A stretch of DNA of 48,074 nucleotides from an uncultured Candidatus Saccharibacteria bacterium (GCA_964366875.1 CAYIVF010000003.1:1-48074), one strand, 5' to 3'; numbered from the stretch's first letter, positions 1 to 9,942 are shown. Notes: generated by a model from the letters alone, not told the origin. Numbers and translations are program-made.

Positions 1-82
1 CTTGCTCCGGCTCGATTATTCCTCAGGCAAATCTTTATTTATGTCCCAGACATAAAACTACCTCCAACTCTAGAGCCGCTTT

Positions 83-1405
83 TTAAGCAGCTTCTTCGTC
101 TGCTTCAACGACTCTTTTGACTTCTTCAAAGGTAGTTTCTCCCAAAACAACATCAATAAGGCCAGACTGGTACATTGTTACCATTCCTCTTTTAACAGCC
201 AATTCTCTTATTGATGAAACAGGAGGGTTGGTTAAAATAAATTTCTCCATTTCGGAATCAACTAAAAATGCTTCAAACAATCCTTGCCTGCCCTTATATC
301 CTGTAAAGTTACAGGTTTCGCATCCTCCTTCTTTAACTTTTGCAATTTCCACTTTGTCTAAATTAGGGAGCTTTATATCAGCAGGTAAAGACTTTAGTCC
401 TTTTTTAATTTCAGCTCTTTCCGATTGAGCGGGCTTTGTTAAAGTAGAACACTTTTTGCAAACCTTTCTTACCAATCTTTGCGCCACAGCCATTTTTAAA
501 CCAGAGGCAATTGACGAGGAATCGGTCCCTAAATCTACCAATCTCGGAATGGTGCCTGCCGCATCATTAGTGTGCAAAGTAGATAAAACCAAATGGCCCG
601 TCAAAGATGCTTGCAGGGCTATTTTTGCGGTTTCCAAGTCCCTAATTTCACCAACCAAAATTACATCGGGGTCCTGCCTTACAATTGATCTTAGCCCGCC
701 TGAAAAGTCATATCCTTTTTCTGGAGCCACCTGCGTTTGCGAGACGCCTTTTAAGTGATATTCAATCGGGTCTTCAATTGTAATAATTTTTATTTCCGGA
801 TTTTGTATCTTTTTTAAAAAGGCATAAAGAGTTGTTGTTTTACCGGAGCCCGTGGGACCTGCAACAATTATCATGCCGTTTGGTTTTTCAATTTCTTTTT
901 TAAAAGTTTTATACAAGTCGTCTCTCAATCCTAAATCTTCTAAATTGATTAGGCTTTTTGGATTTAGAATTCTCATTACAATCGACTCTCCATATTCGGC
1001 GGGTAAGCTGGAGCTTCTTACTTCAATCAGAGCATTGTCTATTTCTATTGTGAACCTGCCGTCCTGAGGTTTATCAGTTATATTCAATTTAAGCTTTGAA
1101 AGGAGTTTTAATCTGGAAAGCAAGTGGTGGTACGCGTTTTGGTCAAAAAAAACAACATCCTGTAAGATGCCGTCTAATCTTATTCTTAATCTAGCTTCTT
1201 CTTCCTGGGGCTCTATGTGAATATCGGAGGCGTCAAGAGTAATTGCCCCGAATAAAATGACGTCTAAAAGCTCTGTAACGTTTTGGGGTATGTACTCCTG
1301 GATCTTTTTTTTATAATTACCGATATTTTTTACATCATTTTTAACCTCCTCAACTATTTTCGGAGAAATTGTTACAGACCCCAATAATTTTTTTGTTTCC
1401 TCCAT
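83..1405 (-). CDS. GspE/PulE/PilB family secretion/pilus assembly ATPase
   Basis: ASDIHIEP, PQDGR, Walker A GPTGSGKTT, TIEDPIE, RQDPDVILVGEIRD, GHLVLSTLHTND, CxxC pairs. Confidence 0.93.
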   Translation of the reverse strand: MEETKKLLGSVTISPKIVEEVKNDVKNIGNYKKKIQEYIPQNVTELLDVILFGAITLDASDIHIEPQEEEARLRIRLDGILQDVVFFDQNAYHHLLSRLKLLSKLKLNITDKPQDGRFTIEIDNALIEVRSSSLPAEYGESIVMRILNPKSLINLEDLGLRDDLYKTFKKEIEKPNGMIIVAGPTGSGKTTTLYAFLKKIQNPEIKIITIEDPIEYHLKGVSQTQVAPEKGYDFSGGLRSIVRQDPDVILVGEIRDLETAKIALQASLTGHLVLSTLHTNDAAGTIPRLVDLGTDSSSIASGLKMAVAQRLVRKVCKKCSTLTKPAQSERAEIKKGLKSLPADIKLPNLDKVEIAKVKEGGCETCNFTGYKGRQGLFEAFLVDSEMEKFILTNPPVSSIRELAVKRGMVTMYQSGLIDVVLGETTFEEVKRVVEADEEAA

Positions 1406-1411
1406 ATAATT

Positions 1412-2152
1412 TTATATGTTGTCTATTATTTGTTTTAACTCAGCTCCCTGTTTCATTAAATAGCCGGCAGTTTCAAAAATGTCCGCAGTTATTTTAGAGT
1501 TTTTAAAATTATCTGTATAAAGCACTAAACCTGATAAAAGGCATTCAGCAGTTTCTTTTTTGATAATATTATTATTTATATTCTTTATTAAGTCAAAAAC
1601 CGCTTCTGTCAAAGAATGATTGCTTAGTAAGTTAATTTTACCAAAGTTTTCGTTATTTTGCTCGCCTGTGCTGAGCTGAGCCGAAGCATCAATGTTCAAA
1701 ACAGGAGAATCCAGCAAAAAACCAAAAGAATTCAATTTATCGGATAGGTGCGTTTTATAGTTTTTTATACCCAAGGTTATAATAAGGTCGGGCTTTGATT
1801 CCGAAAAATAAAAGGAGATATTGTCTTTTTTTATAGAGGAGCCCTTTTCTACGGTTAAGTGTATTTTAAGATCGTTGTCGTTTTTTTCATAATAGATTTG
1901 TGATATTTCGGCTATTTTATTTGGAATTGAGATTACAAAGTTTTTAGGATAGGAAATAAAGTCTAAGGATGGCGCCAAAAACTTAAGATTTTCCGGGATA
2001 GCCTCTATAATTAAGTTTACATTTTTGTTTAATTCTTTTAAAGTATAAAAAAGAGCCAATGCAGAAACTATGCCCTCTGGCTCTTGCGAAGGTATAAGAT
2101 AAATATTTTTAGCTTCCCCTATAATTTTTTTTATTTCTTCTGTATTTTCCAT
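1412..2152 (-). CDS. Degenerate DHH/exopolyphosphatase-related protein
   Basis: DHH-like layout (PDLIITLG, VLNID, N.NFG.IN, A.CLL.G...T..F) but no DHH catalytic triad. Confidence 0.6.
   Translation of the reverse strand: MENTEEIKKIIGEAKNIYLIPSQEPEGIVSALALFYTLKELNKNVNLIIEAIPENLKFLAPSLDFISYPKNFVISIPNKIAEISQIYYEKNDNDLKIHLTVEKGSSIKKDNISFYFSESKPDLIITLGIKNYKTHLSDKLNSFGFLLDSPVLNIDASAQLSTGEQNNENFGKINLLSNHSLTEAVFDLIKNINNNIIKKETAECLLSGLVLYTDNFKNSKITADIFETAGYLMKQGAELKQIIDNI
1661..1688 (+). repeat. Family A intragenic hairpin repeat (in DHH-like gene)
   Basis: GCCTGTGCTGAGCTGAGCCGAAGCA; encodes ASAQLSTGE. Confidence 0.7.
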
Positions 2153-2196
2153 TTTTCTGAATTACTATACCCTATTCGATTTTAAAAAATAAGTCA

Positions 2197-2700
2197 ATGT
2201 TAAAGAAATACACAACCAAAGATTTTAAACAAACTCAAAAACTGGGAGAAGCTCTTGCGAAAAAAATTTTAACCCTTCGGCAAGCTCAGGGCAAGAAAAC
2301 AGCTGTGGTTTTGAGTTTGCAAGGAAATTTGGGTGGAGGAAAAACAACCTTTTTGCAAGGTTTTGCCAAGGGACTGGGAATAAAAGAAAAAGTTTTAAGT
2401 CCCACCTTTGTAATACTGAAAAAATTTAGAATGCCGGCATTGAGCGGATTCAAATATTTTTATCATATTGATTGCTATAGGATAAAAAATCATAAAGATA
2501 TTACGCAATTGGGATTTAAGGAAATTATTTCTAATTCTGAAAACATTATAGCTGTTGAGTGGCCGGAGAAAATAAAAAAAGTTTTACCCAAAGATTCAAT
2601 TGTAATGAAATTTAAATTTATTTACCCTGAGAGAAGTCGAAGGGTTGCTCAAAACAAAAGAGAGATAGCTGTTAATTTTGAAAACGGCCTTTTAAAGTGA
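2197..2700 (+). CDS. tsaE: tRNA t6A biosynthesis ATPase TsaE
   Basis: LQGNLGGGKTT, SPTF, HIDCYR, VEWPE. Confidence 0.95.
   Translation: MLKKYTTKDFKQTQKLGEALAKKILTLRQAQGKKTAVVLSLQGNLGGGKTTFLQGFAKGLGIKEKVLSPTFVILKKFRMPALSGFKYFYHIDCYRIKNHKDITQLGFKEIISNSENIIAVEWPEKIKKVLPKDSIVMKFKFIYPERSRRVAQNKREIAVNFENGLLK
2273..2295 (-). repeat. Family A intragenic hairpin repeat (in tsaE)
   Basis: CCCTTCGGCAAGCTCAGGGCAAG; encodes LRQAQG. Confidence 0.85.
2625..2644 (+). repeat. Family A intragenic hairpin repeat (second copy in tsaE)
   Basis: CCCTGAGAGAAGTCGAAGGG; encodes PERSRR. Confidence 0.8.
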
Positions 2701-2711
2701 TACAATAAAAT

Positions 2712-3605
2712 ATGGAAGAGAAAAAGTTGATTATCGTAGATTCCAATAGTCTTTTGCACAGAGCTTTTCACGCCCTTCCTCCTTTGTCAACAAAATCCGG
2801 AGTTCAGACAGGAGCAGTTTACGGATTTCTGCTGACCTTATTTAAAGCTATAAACGACTTGAAAGCTAACTATGTCGTTGCTTGCTTTGATACAAAAGCA
2901 AAAACATTCAGGCACGAAAGGTTTCAAGAGTATAAAGCTCAAAGACCACAAACCCCAGATGGTATAGTGTCTCAAATACCAATTGCTAAAGAAGTTTTAG
3001 GAGCTTTCAAAATACCTGTATTTGCGATGGAAGGTTTTGAAGCAGATGATTTAATCGCTACGATTTGTAAATTAGCGATAGAACAGGAAAAAAACTTAGA
3101 GATTTATATTGTTAGCGGAGATTTGGATAATTTGCAGTTAGTAAATAAGAATATAAAAGTTTATACTTTAGGAAAAGGCATTAAGGATACTGTTATATAT
3201 GATAGAAATAGGGTTAGAGAAAGATTTGGGGTGGAACCCGAACAAATGGTTGACTTTAAAGCATTGACTGGCGACCCGTCGGACAATATTCCGGGAGTTG
3301 AAGGAATTGGAAAAAAGACAGCAGCAGAAATAATACAAAGATACGGCAGTATAAAAAACCTTTATGACGAGCTTTCTACAGATACAGCTGTGTTAAAGTC
3401 AAAAATAAAAGAGACGCTGAAGAAAAGCAAAGAAACAGCTTTTATGTCGCTTGAACTGGTCCAAACCAAAAAAGATGTAGATATAGATTTTAAAGTTCAA
3501 GATTGCAAGTTTGGAAACTTTGCCCTTGCAGAGGTTGAAAAAAAATTAAAAGATTTAGAGTTTAATACTCTTATAACCCGTTTATTATCATTAACTAATA
3601 ATTAA
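2712..3605 (+). CDS. Stand-alone 5'-3' exonuclease (Pol I N-terminal domain only)
   Basis: VDSNSLLHRAFHA, YKAQR, EADD, SGDLD, GDPSDNIPGV.GIG.KTA; ends at 297 aa with no polymerase domain. Confidence 0.92.
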   Translation: MEEKKLIIVDSNSLLHRAFHALPPLSTKSGVQTGAVYGFLLTLFKAINDLKANYVVACFDTKAKTFRHERFQEYKAQRPQTPDGIVSQIPIAKEVLGAFKIPVFAMEGFEADDLIATICKLAIEQEKNLEIYIVSGDLDNLQLVNKNIKVYTLGKGIKDTVIYDRNRVRERFGVEPEQMVDFKALTGDPSDNIPGVEGIGKKTAAEIIQRYGSIKNLYDELSTDTAVLKSKIKETLKKSKETAFMSLELVQTKKDVDIDFKVQDCKFGNFALAEVEKKLKDLEFNTLITRLLSLTNN

Positions 3606-3609
3606 ACTT

Positions 3610-4191
3610 ATGGCTAAAATTTCTTTTAAAATAGCTCTGCCGATAATTCTTGCAGGAATTTTTTCTATAGTCACCTTTATGGCGCTTGACTATGAGAAGT
3701 TGAGCATAGAATTTTATTTAGTTTTTTTTCTTTTGACAGTATTTGTATTTTTCTTCGGTTTTGCCATTGGCCAGAGTTTTGCTTCGCCTATTAGAAAATT
3801 ATTAAACAGAGCCGTGGAATTAAGCGGCGGAAATTTGTCCAGTAGAGCTTATTTGGAAACCAAAGACGAGTTGGCGGAGCTGGCAAAGGTTTTTAATAAA
3901 ATAGCCCAAGAACTTGAAGAAAGCCGCATTCTTCAAGGAGAAACAGAAAAATCAGTTGATATTAAAGTAAAAGCCAGAACACAGGCCCTAGAGGAAACGA
4001 TAAACGCGTTAGAGCAAAAAGTAAAAAACAGGACCATAGAGCTGGAAAGATTAATGCAAGAATCAAGAAAGCTGCAAGAAGGGGCAAAATCAAAAGAACT
4101 GCAAGCAAGAGAGCTCAAAAAAGAATTTGATATTTTAAGATCAAAAGTGGGAAAATACAAATCCAATAAAACAACAAACAATAATGCCTGA
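3610..4191 (+). CDS. Membrane protein with HAMP domain and coiled coil
   Basis: Two TM segments, HAMP pattern PIRKL...G.L...DELAELA..FN, then VKART..LE coiled coil. Confidence 0.8.
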   Translation: MAKISFKIALPIILAGIFSIVTFMALDYEKLSIEFYLVFFLLTVFVFFFGFAIGQSFASPIRKLLNRAVELSGGNLSSRAYLETKDELAELAKVFNKIAQELEESRILQGETEKSVDIKVKARTQALEETINALEQKVKNRTIELERLMQESRKLQEGAKSKELQARELKKEFDILRSKVGKYKSNKTTNNNA

Positions 4192-5059
4192 GCTACCAGA
4201 AGTAGAAACTACTGTGCGTGGTTTGAATAGCAAGGTCCTTGAAAGGACCTTTGTTGATGTTTGGTCAGATTGGGAAAAAATCATTAAAAAGCCGAAAGAG
4301 TTTTCGCAGTTTAAAAAAGAACTAAAAGATAAAAAGATAAAAAGAATCTGGCGCAGAGGTAAAAATATTATTTTTGATTTATCGGACGATTATTCTCTTT
4401 TAGTACATCAAAAAATGACGGGGCATTTGTTGTATGGAGATTGGAAGTTGGAATCTGGGATGTGGAAACCGAAAATAAAAGGGCCGTTGGAAGATCCGCA
4501 AAATAAATTTATTCATTTGCTTTTTTGGCTGGACAACGGAAAAATGCTTACTTTGTCAGATTTAAGGAAATTTGCCAAAGTTGAATTCCAGAAGACAAAA
4601 GAATTATTAGAATCAAAAGAGTTCAAAATTTTAGGACCGGAACCTCTTGAAAAAGATTTTACTTTTGAAAAATTTAAGGAAGCATTAAAAAAGAAAAAAG
4701 AGAAAATAAAACAGGTTTTAATGGACCAAAATGTGATTGCAGGCATTGGCAATATTTATTCTAACGAAGCATTGTGGCATGCTAAAATTCATCCAGAAAA
4801 AAACATTGCCAAATTAAACGAAAAAGAGTTAAAATTGCTTTACCAAGCCATTAAAAAAGTTTTAGAGCTGGGGGTAAAACTCGGCGGGGAAAGTTTTTCT
4901 GACTACAGAAAGCCCGATGGTTCAAAAGGCGATTTTGACACAGAAAGGAAGGCATATAAAAGAGAGGGTCAAAAATGTCATAGGTGCGGCGCAAAAATAA
5001 AAAGAATAAAATTTAGCGGCAGAAGCGCTTTTTTCTGTCCCAACTGTCAAAAACTATAG
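4184..5059 (+). CDS. mutM: Formamidopyrimidine-DNA glycosylase
   Basis: MPELPEVET, RRGK, GIGNIY, C-terminal zinc finger CHRC...CPNCQ. Confidence 0.97.
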   Translation: MPELPEVETTVRGLNSKVLERTFVDVWSDWEKIIKKPKEFSQFKKELKDKKIKRIWRRGKNIIFDLSDDYSLLVHQKMTGHLLYGDWKLESGMWKPKIKGPLEDPQNKFIHLLFWLDNGKMLTLSDLRKFAKVEFQKTKELLESKEFKILGPEPLEKDFTFEKFKEALKKKKEKIKQVLMDQNVIAGIGNIYSNEALWHAKIHPEKNIAKLNEKELKLLYQAIKKVLELGVKLGGESFSDYRKPDGSKGDFDTERKAYKREGQKCHRCGAKIKRIKFSGRSAFFCPNCQKL

Positions 5060-5060
5060 C

Positions 5061-5996
5061 ATGGTCATATTTCTTTACGGAGAAGATTCATACAGGTCAA
5101 AGAGAAAGCTGGAAGAGATAATCGAGAGTTATAAAAAAATTCACAAAAGCGGGCTGAATTTAATTTATTTTGATGCAGACAGTCAGGACTTTAAGGATTT
5201 TGCCAGCAATCTTAAAATTACCTCAATGTTTGATGAAAAAAAACTGATTGTTCTGAAAAACGTTTTTTCTAATGTAAAATTTCAAGAATGTCTTTTAGAA
5301 AACATAAAAAACTTAAAGGAAGTAAAAGATATCATCGTTGTTTATGAAAGTGCAGCAATAGACAAAAGAAACAAGCTTTTAAAAACATTAGAAAAAGAAG
5401 TTAAATGCCAGGAGTTTAATTTTTTACAGCCTTCGCTTCTTAAAAAATGGCTTAAACAAGAATTTGAAAAAAATAAAACAAAGATTAATCCTGAAGCAGA
5501 GGACCTTCTCATGGGCTTTGTGGGAAACAACCTCTGGCAAATGGCAAATGAAATAAAAAAACTTTCAGATTATAAAAGAGGCAGCGTCATAAAAAAAGAA
5601 GATGTTGAATTGCAAGTAAGAGCTAAGACCGAAAGCGATATTTTTAAAACGATAGACGCATTAGCCTCAAAAAATAAAAAGCAGGTCATTGGTCTTTTGC
5701 ATAAACACATAGAAAACGGAGATAGCCCCCTGTATCTCCTTTCAATGATAAGTTATCAGTTTAGAAACCTTTTAATAATTAAAGAATTGCAAGACGCGCA
5801 AAAGCCCTACGCGGTTATTGTAAAAAAAAGCGGCTTGCATCCATTTGCAGTCAAAAAGAGCTATGAGCTTTGCAATCGGTTCTCGTTCTCGCAGCTAAAA
5901 AAAATCTACCAGAAGATTTTTCAGATAGATTCAGATATTAAAACAGGGAAAATTGAAGCGGAAACAGCGTTAGACCTATTAGTCTCGGAGATATAA
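5061..5996 (+). CDS. holA: DNA polymerase III delta subunit
   Basis: FLYGED start, SMF, NEIKKL, IF...DA, D..IKTG; convergent with rpsT as is typical. Confidence 0.9.
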   Translation: MVIFLYGEDSYRSKRKLEEIIESYKKIHKSGLNLIYFDADSQDFKDFASNLKITSMFDEKKLIVLKNVFSNVKFQECLLENIKNLKEVKDIIVVYESAAIDKRNKLLKTLEKEVKCQEFNFLQPSLLKKWLKQEFEKNKTKINPEAEDLLMGFVGNNLWQMANEIKKLSDYKRGSVIKKEDVELQVRAKTESDIFKTIDALASKNKKQVIGLLHKHIENGDSPLYLLSMISYQFRNLLIIKELQDAQKPYAVIVKKSGLHPFAVKKSYELCNRFSFSQLKKIYQKIFQIDSDIKTGKIEAETALDLLVSEI

Positions 5997-5997
5997 A

Positions 5998-6258
5998 TTA
6001 CTTTCGTTCAATAAGCTTGGTTATTCTGGATTTTCTCCTGCCAGCAGTATTCTTTTTTATAACGCCAACTTTAGCTGCCTTATCTAAAGCCTTGTAAAGG
6101 TTGGGTAACAGTTTTTTAGCTTCTGCATTTTTTTTTGCAGACACTAAAACACCAATCTCTTTAATGAGACTTTTCATCTTATTTTTATAAACAAGATTCT
6201 GTATTCTGCGCCTTGCTGACTGGCGGATAGCTTTTTTAGCTGATTTTGTTATAGCCAT
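5998..6258 (-). CDS. rpsT: 30S ribosomal protein S20
   Basis: MAITKSAKKAIRQ, LDKAAK.GVIKKNTA.R.KSR. Confidence 0.97.
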   Translation of the reverse strand: MAITKSAKKAIRQSARRRIQNLVYKNKMKSLIKEIGVLVSAKKNAEAKKLLPNLYKALDKAAKVGVIKKNTAGRRKSRITKLIERK

Positions 6259-6330
6259 ATTTTTGTATTTTTTAATTTACCATAGTATAATAAAAGAAAC
6301 AAGAGTAATATTAATTTTATTTTAAATTAT

Positions 6331-7629
6331 ATGCCAGAACAATTTTCATCAAATGAAACTCCGCCAGAAACTGAGCAAAAAAAATCACCAAACATTGAGC
6401 CCGATTTAGATATTGCGAAAAGAGAATTGGAAAAGCTTTATAGCCCGGAAAAATCATCAATTGACGTTGGTTTAGATGTTGGAAAAGGCATTGAAAAAGA
6501 ACCGGAGATATTGGTTGATAAATCAATAGAAGCTAAACCAGAGAAAACTCCAGAAAAAGCACTAGAACAACTAAAAACAAAAATATCGGCCCCAGAGGAG
6601 GTAGAAAAATCGATAGAAGAAGTGCGCCAGCAAGTAATTGAAGCCTCAAAAAAGGAATTAGCAGATAACCTAAAAGCCATAAACGAGGCCAGAGCAAAAA
6701 AAGACAGAGCAGCTGAGTATTCTCTTTTGGAAAAATCGGAGTTGCCATTTGAGATGTCCGAGGGGAAAATTTTAAAAGAAGAAGCAGTTAAAAGAGCAGA
6801 TGTTGAGCTTAAGGAAGAAAGGCTTGTCAGAATGAAGCCCGAGGAATACAGAGAAAAATTTACGGGTCGGGCGGAAGACCTAGCTGAACAAAGAAAAAGA
6901 TCTGAAGTTTTGTCAAAGGTTTTAGCAAGGCGTTGGTCCTTTCTTTCCAATGAAGAAAGATTGCAATACACATCTCAAGATGGGGGCATAGATTACAATA
7001 AATTTAATGTGGAGATGGTAGGTAAAATAGACGCTAAAAGGCAAGAGTTAGAGAAAAAAGGTATTGTTGTTTCTGCAAACGCTCTTTACGCTATGGCAGA
7101 GCGGGGAATGAGGCCGGAAGATATTCAAGTAAGAGGATTTTGGGGGAAACTATTTATAGGCAGCGACATAAAAATACCGCAAGACCCGTTATTTAGAGGA
7201 GAAAAGCCCAGAGCTCACGAATTGTTTAAAAATGAATTTGAAGAAATGGTAAAAGGAAGCGGGATAGTAAGAGGTTTAGAGAGCGAGTTTAATCAATCTA
7301 TAAAAGATGAGGCCAAAGCATCAATTGAGAGGCAGATTAAGAGAGGCCGGGAAATGTGGAGAGCAAAGAAGCAAAAACACACGAGAGCTATAATACAAGA
7401 AACCGTTGATGGATATAAAAAACAGCAAGAAGAAGCAGAGCGAAGAGAAGAAAAAAAGAAAGCTAAAAAACCATCAATTGAAGTAGTGGCTAGAATAGGT
7501 GAAAAAAGAACGCCTGAGCGGGTGGAAGAAATGAAAAAAATAAGAAAACAGGTTGAGGCAGATATAAAGAGAAAAAAGAAGCCAACAAAAAAGTCCGCTC
7601 CCAAAAGACCAAAAGGCAAGGGTAAATAA
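6331..7629 (+). CDS. Hypothetical highly charged protein
   Basis: 432-aa E/K-rich ORF with Lys-rich tail, followed by a terminator. Confidence 0.75.
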   Translation: MPEQFSSNETPPETEQKKSPNIEPDLDIAKRELEKLYSPEKSSIDVGLDVGKGIEKEPEILVDKSIEAKPEKTPEKALEQLKTKISAPEEVEKSIEEVRQQVIEASKKELADNLKAINEARAKKDRAAEYSLLEKSELPFEMSEGKILKEEAVKRADVELKEERLVRMKPEEYREKFTGRAEDLAEQRKRSEVLSKVLARRWSFLSNEERLQYTSQDGGIDYNKFNVEMVGKIDAKRQELEKKGIVVSANALYAMAERGMRPEDIQVRGFWGKLFIGSDIKIPQDPLFRGEKPRAHELFKNEFEEMVKGSGIVRGLESEFNQSIKDEAKASIERQIKRGREMWRAKKQKHTRAIIQETVDGYKKQQEEAERREEKKKAKKPSIEVVARIGEKRTPERVEEMKKIRKQVEADIKRKKKPTKKSAPKRPKGKGK

Positions 7630-7647
7630 TTGGTAAATAATTTTTAC

Positions 7648-7678
7648 AAAACTCCGCCTTAGGTGGAGTTTTTTGTTT
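7648..7678 (+). terminator. Intrinsic terminator
   Basis: ACTCCGCC-TTA-GGTGGAGT followed by T-run. Confidence 0.8.
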
Positions 7679-7756
7679 GTATTTGAAAACAAGCGTGTTA
7701 TTATATAAAAACAGTTGTTTATCCGCACCTTGACACCAACATAAGGAATATATGCC

Positions 7757-9328
7757 ATGAGTGAAAGAAAGGTATTTTTGTGCCGGCTTATCAGGCCTGC
7801 AAATCCGCGAGGACGGGTTAATATCTATAGTCAATTTACCAATAGAACCACGACCTACGGGCTTGTAATGGTGGCGACTGTCATCAATAAGCTTTGGGGC
7901 TGGCGGGTTGAGGTAATTGATGAAGAAAATTATCGCGGTCCAAGAGGCAGAGATGGCCTCCCCAACCATGAGGTCTTACAGCAAGAGAACCCAGCTGATG
8001 TTGTTGGATTTTACTGCGGATTGACAAGCACCATAGAGCGCGTCTGGGAATTAGCAGACTTTTACAAGTCACAGGGAGTAATTACTCTAGCTGGTTCTTG
8101 GCACGCGCACTATTGTCCAGAAGAAACCCTGCGCCATAATATTGATTTGGTGGTGCATGGCGACGCTGAGATGGAAATCATAAAAGTTTTTGCCAATATT
8201 GACAGCGGCCGTCCTTTGCACGAAGGTGTTGGGGGCGTTTCGTATTTGGATAACGATAAGGCGAGGTATGTTCTGCCAAATCTTCGAGATGCTGGTCAGA
8301 TACCCGACTGCGACGAGAGGTTGGTTTTATTAGAAAACAGACTGACCTGCGAAGAATTGAGTCGGTTGCCATATCCTGATTTTGGGCTTGTAAAGTATGC
8401 CAGAATCAAGATATATCCTATTGGCAGAATCCGTGGCTGCAGTATGGGGTGCAAATATTGCACCGTAAAAGGTGGCGTACGGTTTGCCAGCGCCGAGTGG
8501 TTTTTTGGAGTAATTGACTGGCTTGTCAAAACAAGAAGAGCCGAAAGCTTTTTCATTGTAGATGACAGGTCAGAAGAAGATCTCCAAGGAACCCTCAAGT
8601 CTTTTGGGATGGTGGCCGAGAGATATGGCAGAAGACTGAGATTTACTGTTCAGATGCGCTTGGCAGCAGCAAAAAACATCATGCTTTTGGACATCATGAA
8701 AAAAGCTGGTGTTAGAGCAGTCTGTATCGGGTTGGAGTCGCCTATTGAAGAAGAGTTGAAGGCGATGAAAAAGGGACTGGCAGCAAAAGTAATGCTCGGT
8801 CTTCTTAGAGTCTGGCGCAGATACATGAAAGTGCACGGAATGTTTATCTTCGGCTTTCCTGTAGCTGGATTCAAAATGAGCATCGCAGAAAAAATACGGA
8901 GATTCAAAAGATTCATCCAAAGGGCGAGGTTGGATTTTGTTCAGGTGCTTCTGCCCATTCCTTTGCCAGGGAGCGAGCTCTATAGCGAGTACAAAGCGGC
9001 TGGAAAACTCTTCCCGTTGCCAGTTGCTGGATGGAATAAGTACGATGGAAACTTCCTCTTGCTTAAACTAGACAGCAACGTGAGCATGCGGGAGTTTCAG
9101 TCAGCTCATGTAAAAATCATGGCATGGTTTTACGGCCCATTCAGCCTTTTTAGGATGATTTACAGGACTCTGACCCTACCTGTAGATTATTTCTTGCGAG
9201 GTTGGGAATCATGGCATTCTGATTGGGGCCGCGAGGTTATATTGTGGATTGGCCACAATATTGTTACGCGCTGGCTTAAGACCAGAGAAAGCGATGAGCA
9301 CATAGCAAACCTGGAACAAAAAAGCTAG
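7757..9328 (+). CDS. B12-binding domain radical SAM protein
   Basis: RGCSMGCKYC (CxxxCxxC), IGLES, GMFIFG, PLPGSELY; N-terminal cobalamin-binding-like region; GC-richer than flanks. Confidence 0.88.
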   Translation: MSERKVFLCRLIRPANPRGRVNIYSQFTNRTTTYGLVMVATVINKLWGWRVEVIDEENYRGPRGRDGLPNHEVLQQENPADVVGFYCGLTSTIERVWELADFYKSQGVITLAGSWHAHYCPEETLRHNIDLVVHGDAEMEIIKVFANIDSGRPLHEGVGGVSYLDNDKARYVLPNLRDAGQIPDCDERLVLLENRLTCEELSRLPYPDFGLVKYARIKIYPIGRIRGCSMGCKYCTVKGGVRFASAEWFFGVIDWLVKTRRAESFFIVDDRSEEDLQGTLKSFGMVAERYGRRLRFTVQMRLAAAKNIMLLDIMKKAGVRAVCIGLESPIEEELKAMKKGLAAKVMLGLLRVWRRYMKVHGMFIFGFPVAGFKMSIAEKIRRFKRFIQRARLDFVQVLLPIPLPGSELYSEYKAAGKLFPLPVAGWNKYDGNFLLLKLDSNVSMREFQSAHVKIMAWFYGPFSLFRMIYRTLTLPVDYFLRGWESWHSDWGREVILWIGHNIVTRWLKTRESDEHIANLEQKS

Positions 9329-9335
9329 GCGCATG

Positions 9336-9360
9336 GGACGAGCGATCGTCCTTTTTTATT
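9336..9360 (+). terminator. Intrinsic terminator of the radical SAM gene
   Basis: GGGACGA-GCGA-TCGTCCT followed by T-run. Confidence 0.8.
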
Positions 9361-9457
9361 TGGCCTGAGAAAAAATAAAATTTTAAACAAAAAAATAGGG
9401 CATACGCGATGCGCAGCCCTTTGCTTTTGGAGTTCTCCCCAGCAGTTAGCCGTTTGG

Positions 9458-9871
9458 CTAGTTGCCGGTTTTCGTCGGCGCCTTTTTCTCCGGTGGCGGA
9501 AGGAGAGGTCTGAACCTGTCCTTGCCTACCACGAGAACCTTTTTGACGCCGAGCGGCCCTTGAAATTCGCCGACATATTGCCGTCCTTGGCTGTCCTCAG
9601 CTACGACTGCAGTTGTGCCTTCGGGAGTTCTTTTCTCCCACTGAATCTGGTAGAAATCCTTTTCATCGGCTTCAGTCGCTTGTTGCGCTCGGCAGACCGA
9701 TATCGTTGCCGATGCGGTGCCTATTGCAACGAAGATAAGACAGACAAGAAGGATTGCCCCCGTCTTCCAAGGCGCCCATCTTCCACGGTGGCCGGCAATT
9801 CCTGCTATTATAGCAGCAACTAAGCCGAGTGCCGCTATAAACAAACTAAAAACAAACACCAGCGTCTCCAT
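9458..9871 (-). CDS. Hypothetical membrane protein (2 N-terminal TM)
   Basis: Two hydrophobic helices; AAGGAG 7 nt upstream; TTGACA-17-TAATTT promoter (9928-9956); GC-rich. Confidence 0.75.
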   Translation of the reverse strand: METLVFVFSLFIAALGLVAAIIAGIAGHRGRWAPWKTGAILLVCLIFVAIGTASATISVCRAQQATEADEKDFYQIQWEKRTPEGTTAVVAEDSQGRQYVGEFQGPLGVKKVLVVGKDRFRPLLPPPEKKAPTKTGN

Positions 9872-9942
9872 TTTCGCACTCCTTGTGTTGAGAACTTTAG
9901 CACAACCCAGCGTTGTGCCTATTATTTAAATTAGCAAACTAT

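Noticed and set aside
1-82. RNase P RNA 5' part (hairpin followed by GAGGAA)
   Set aside because: Continues GAGGAAUAAUC rather than GAGGAAAGUCC; the rest is outside the window
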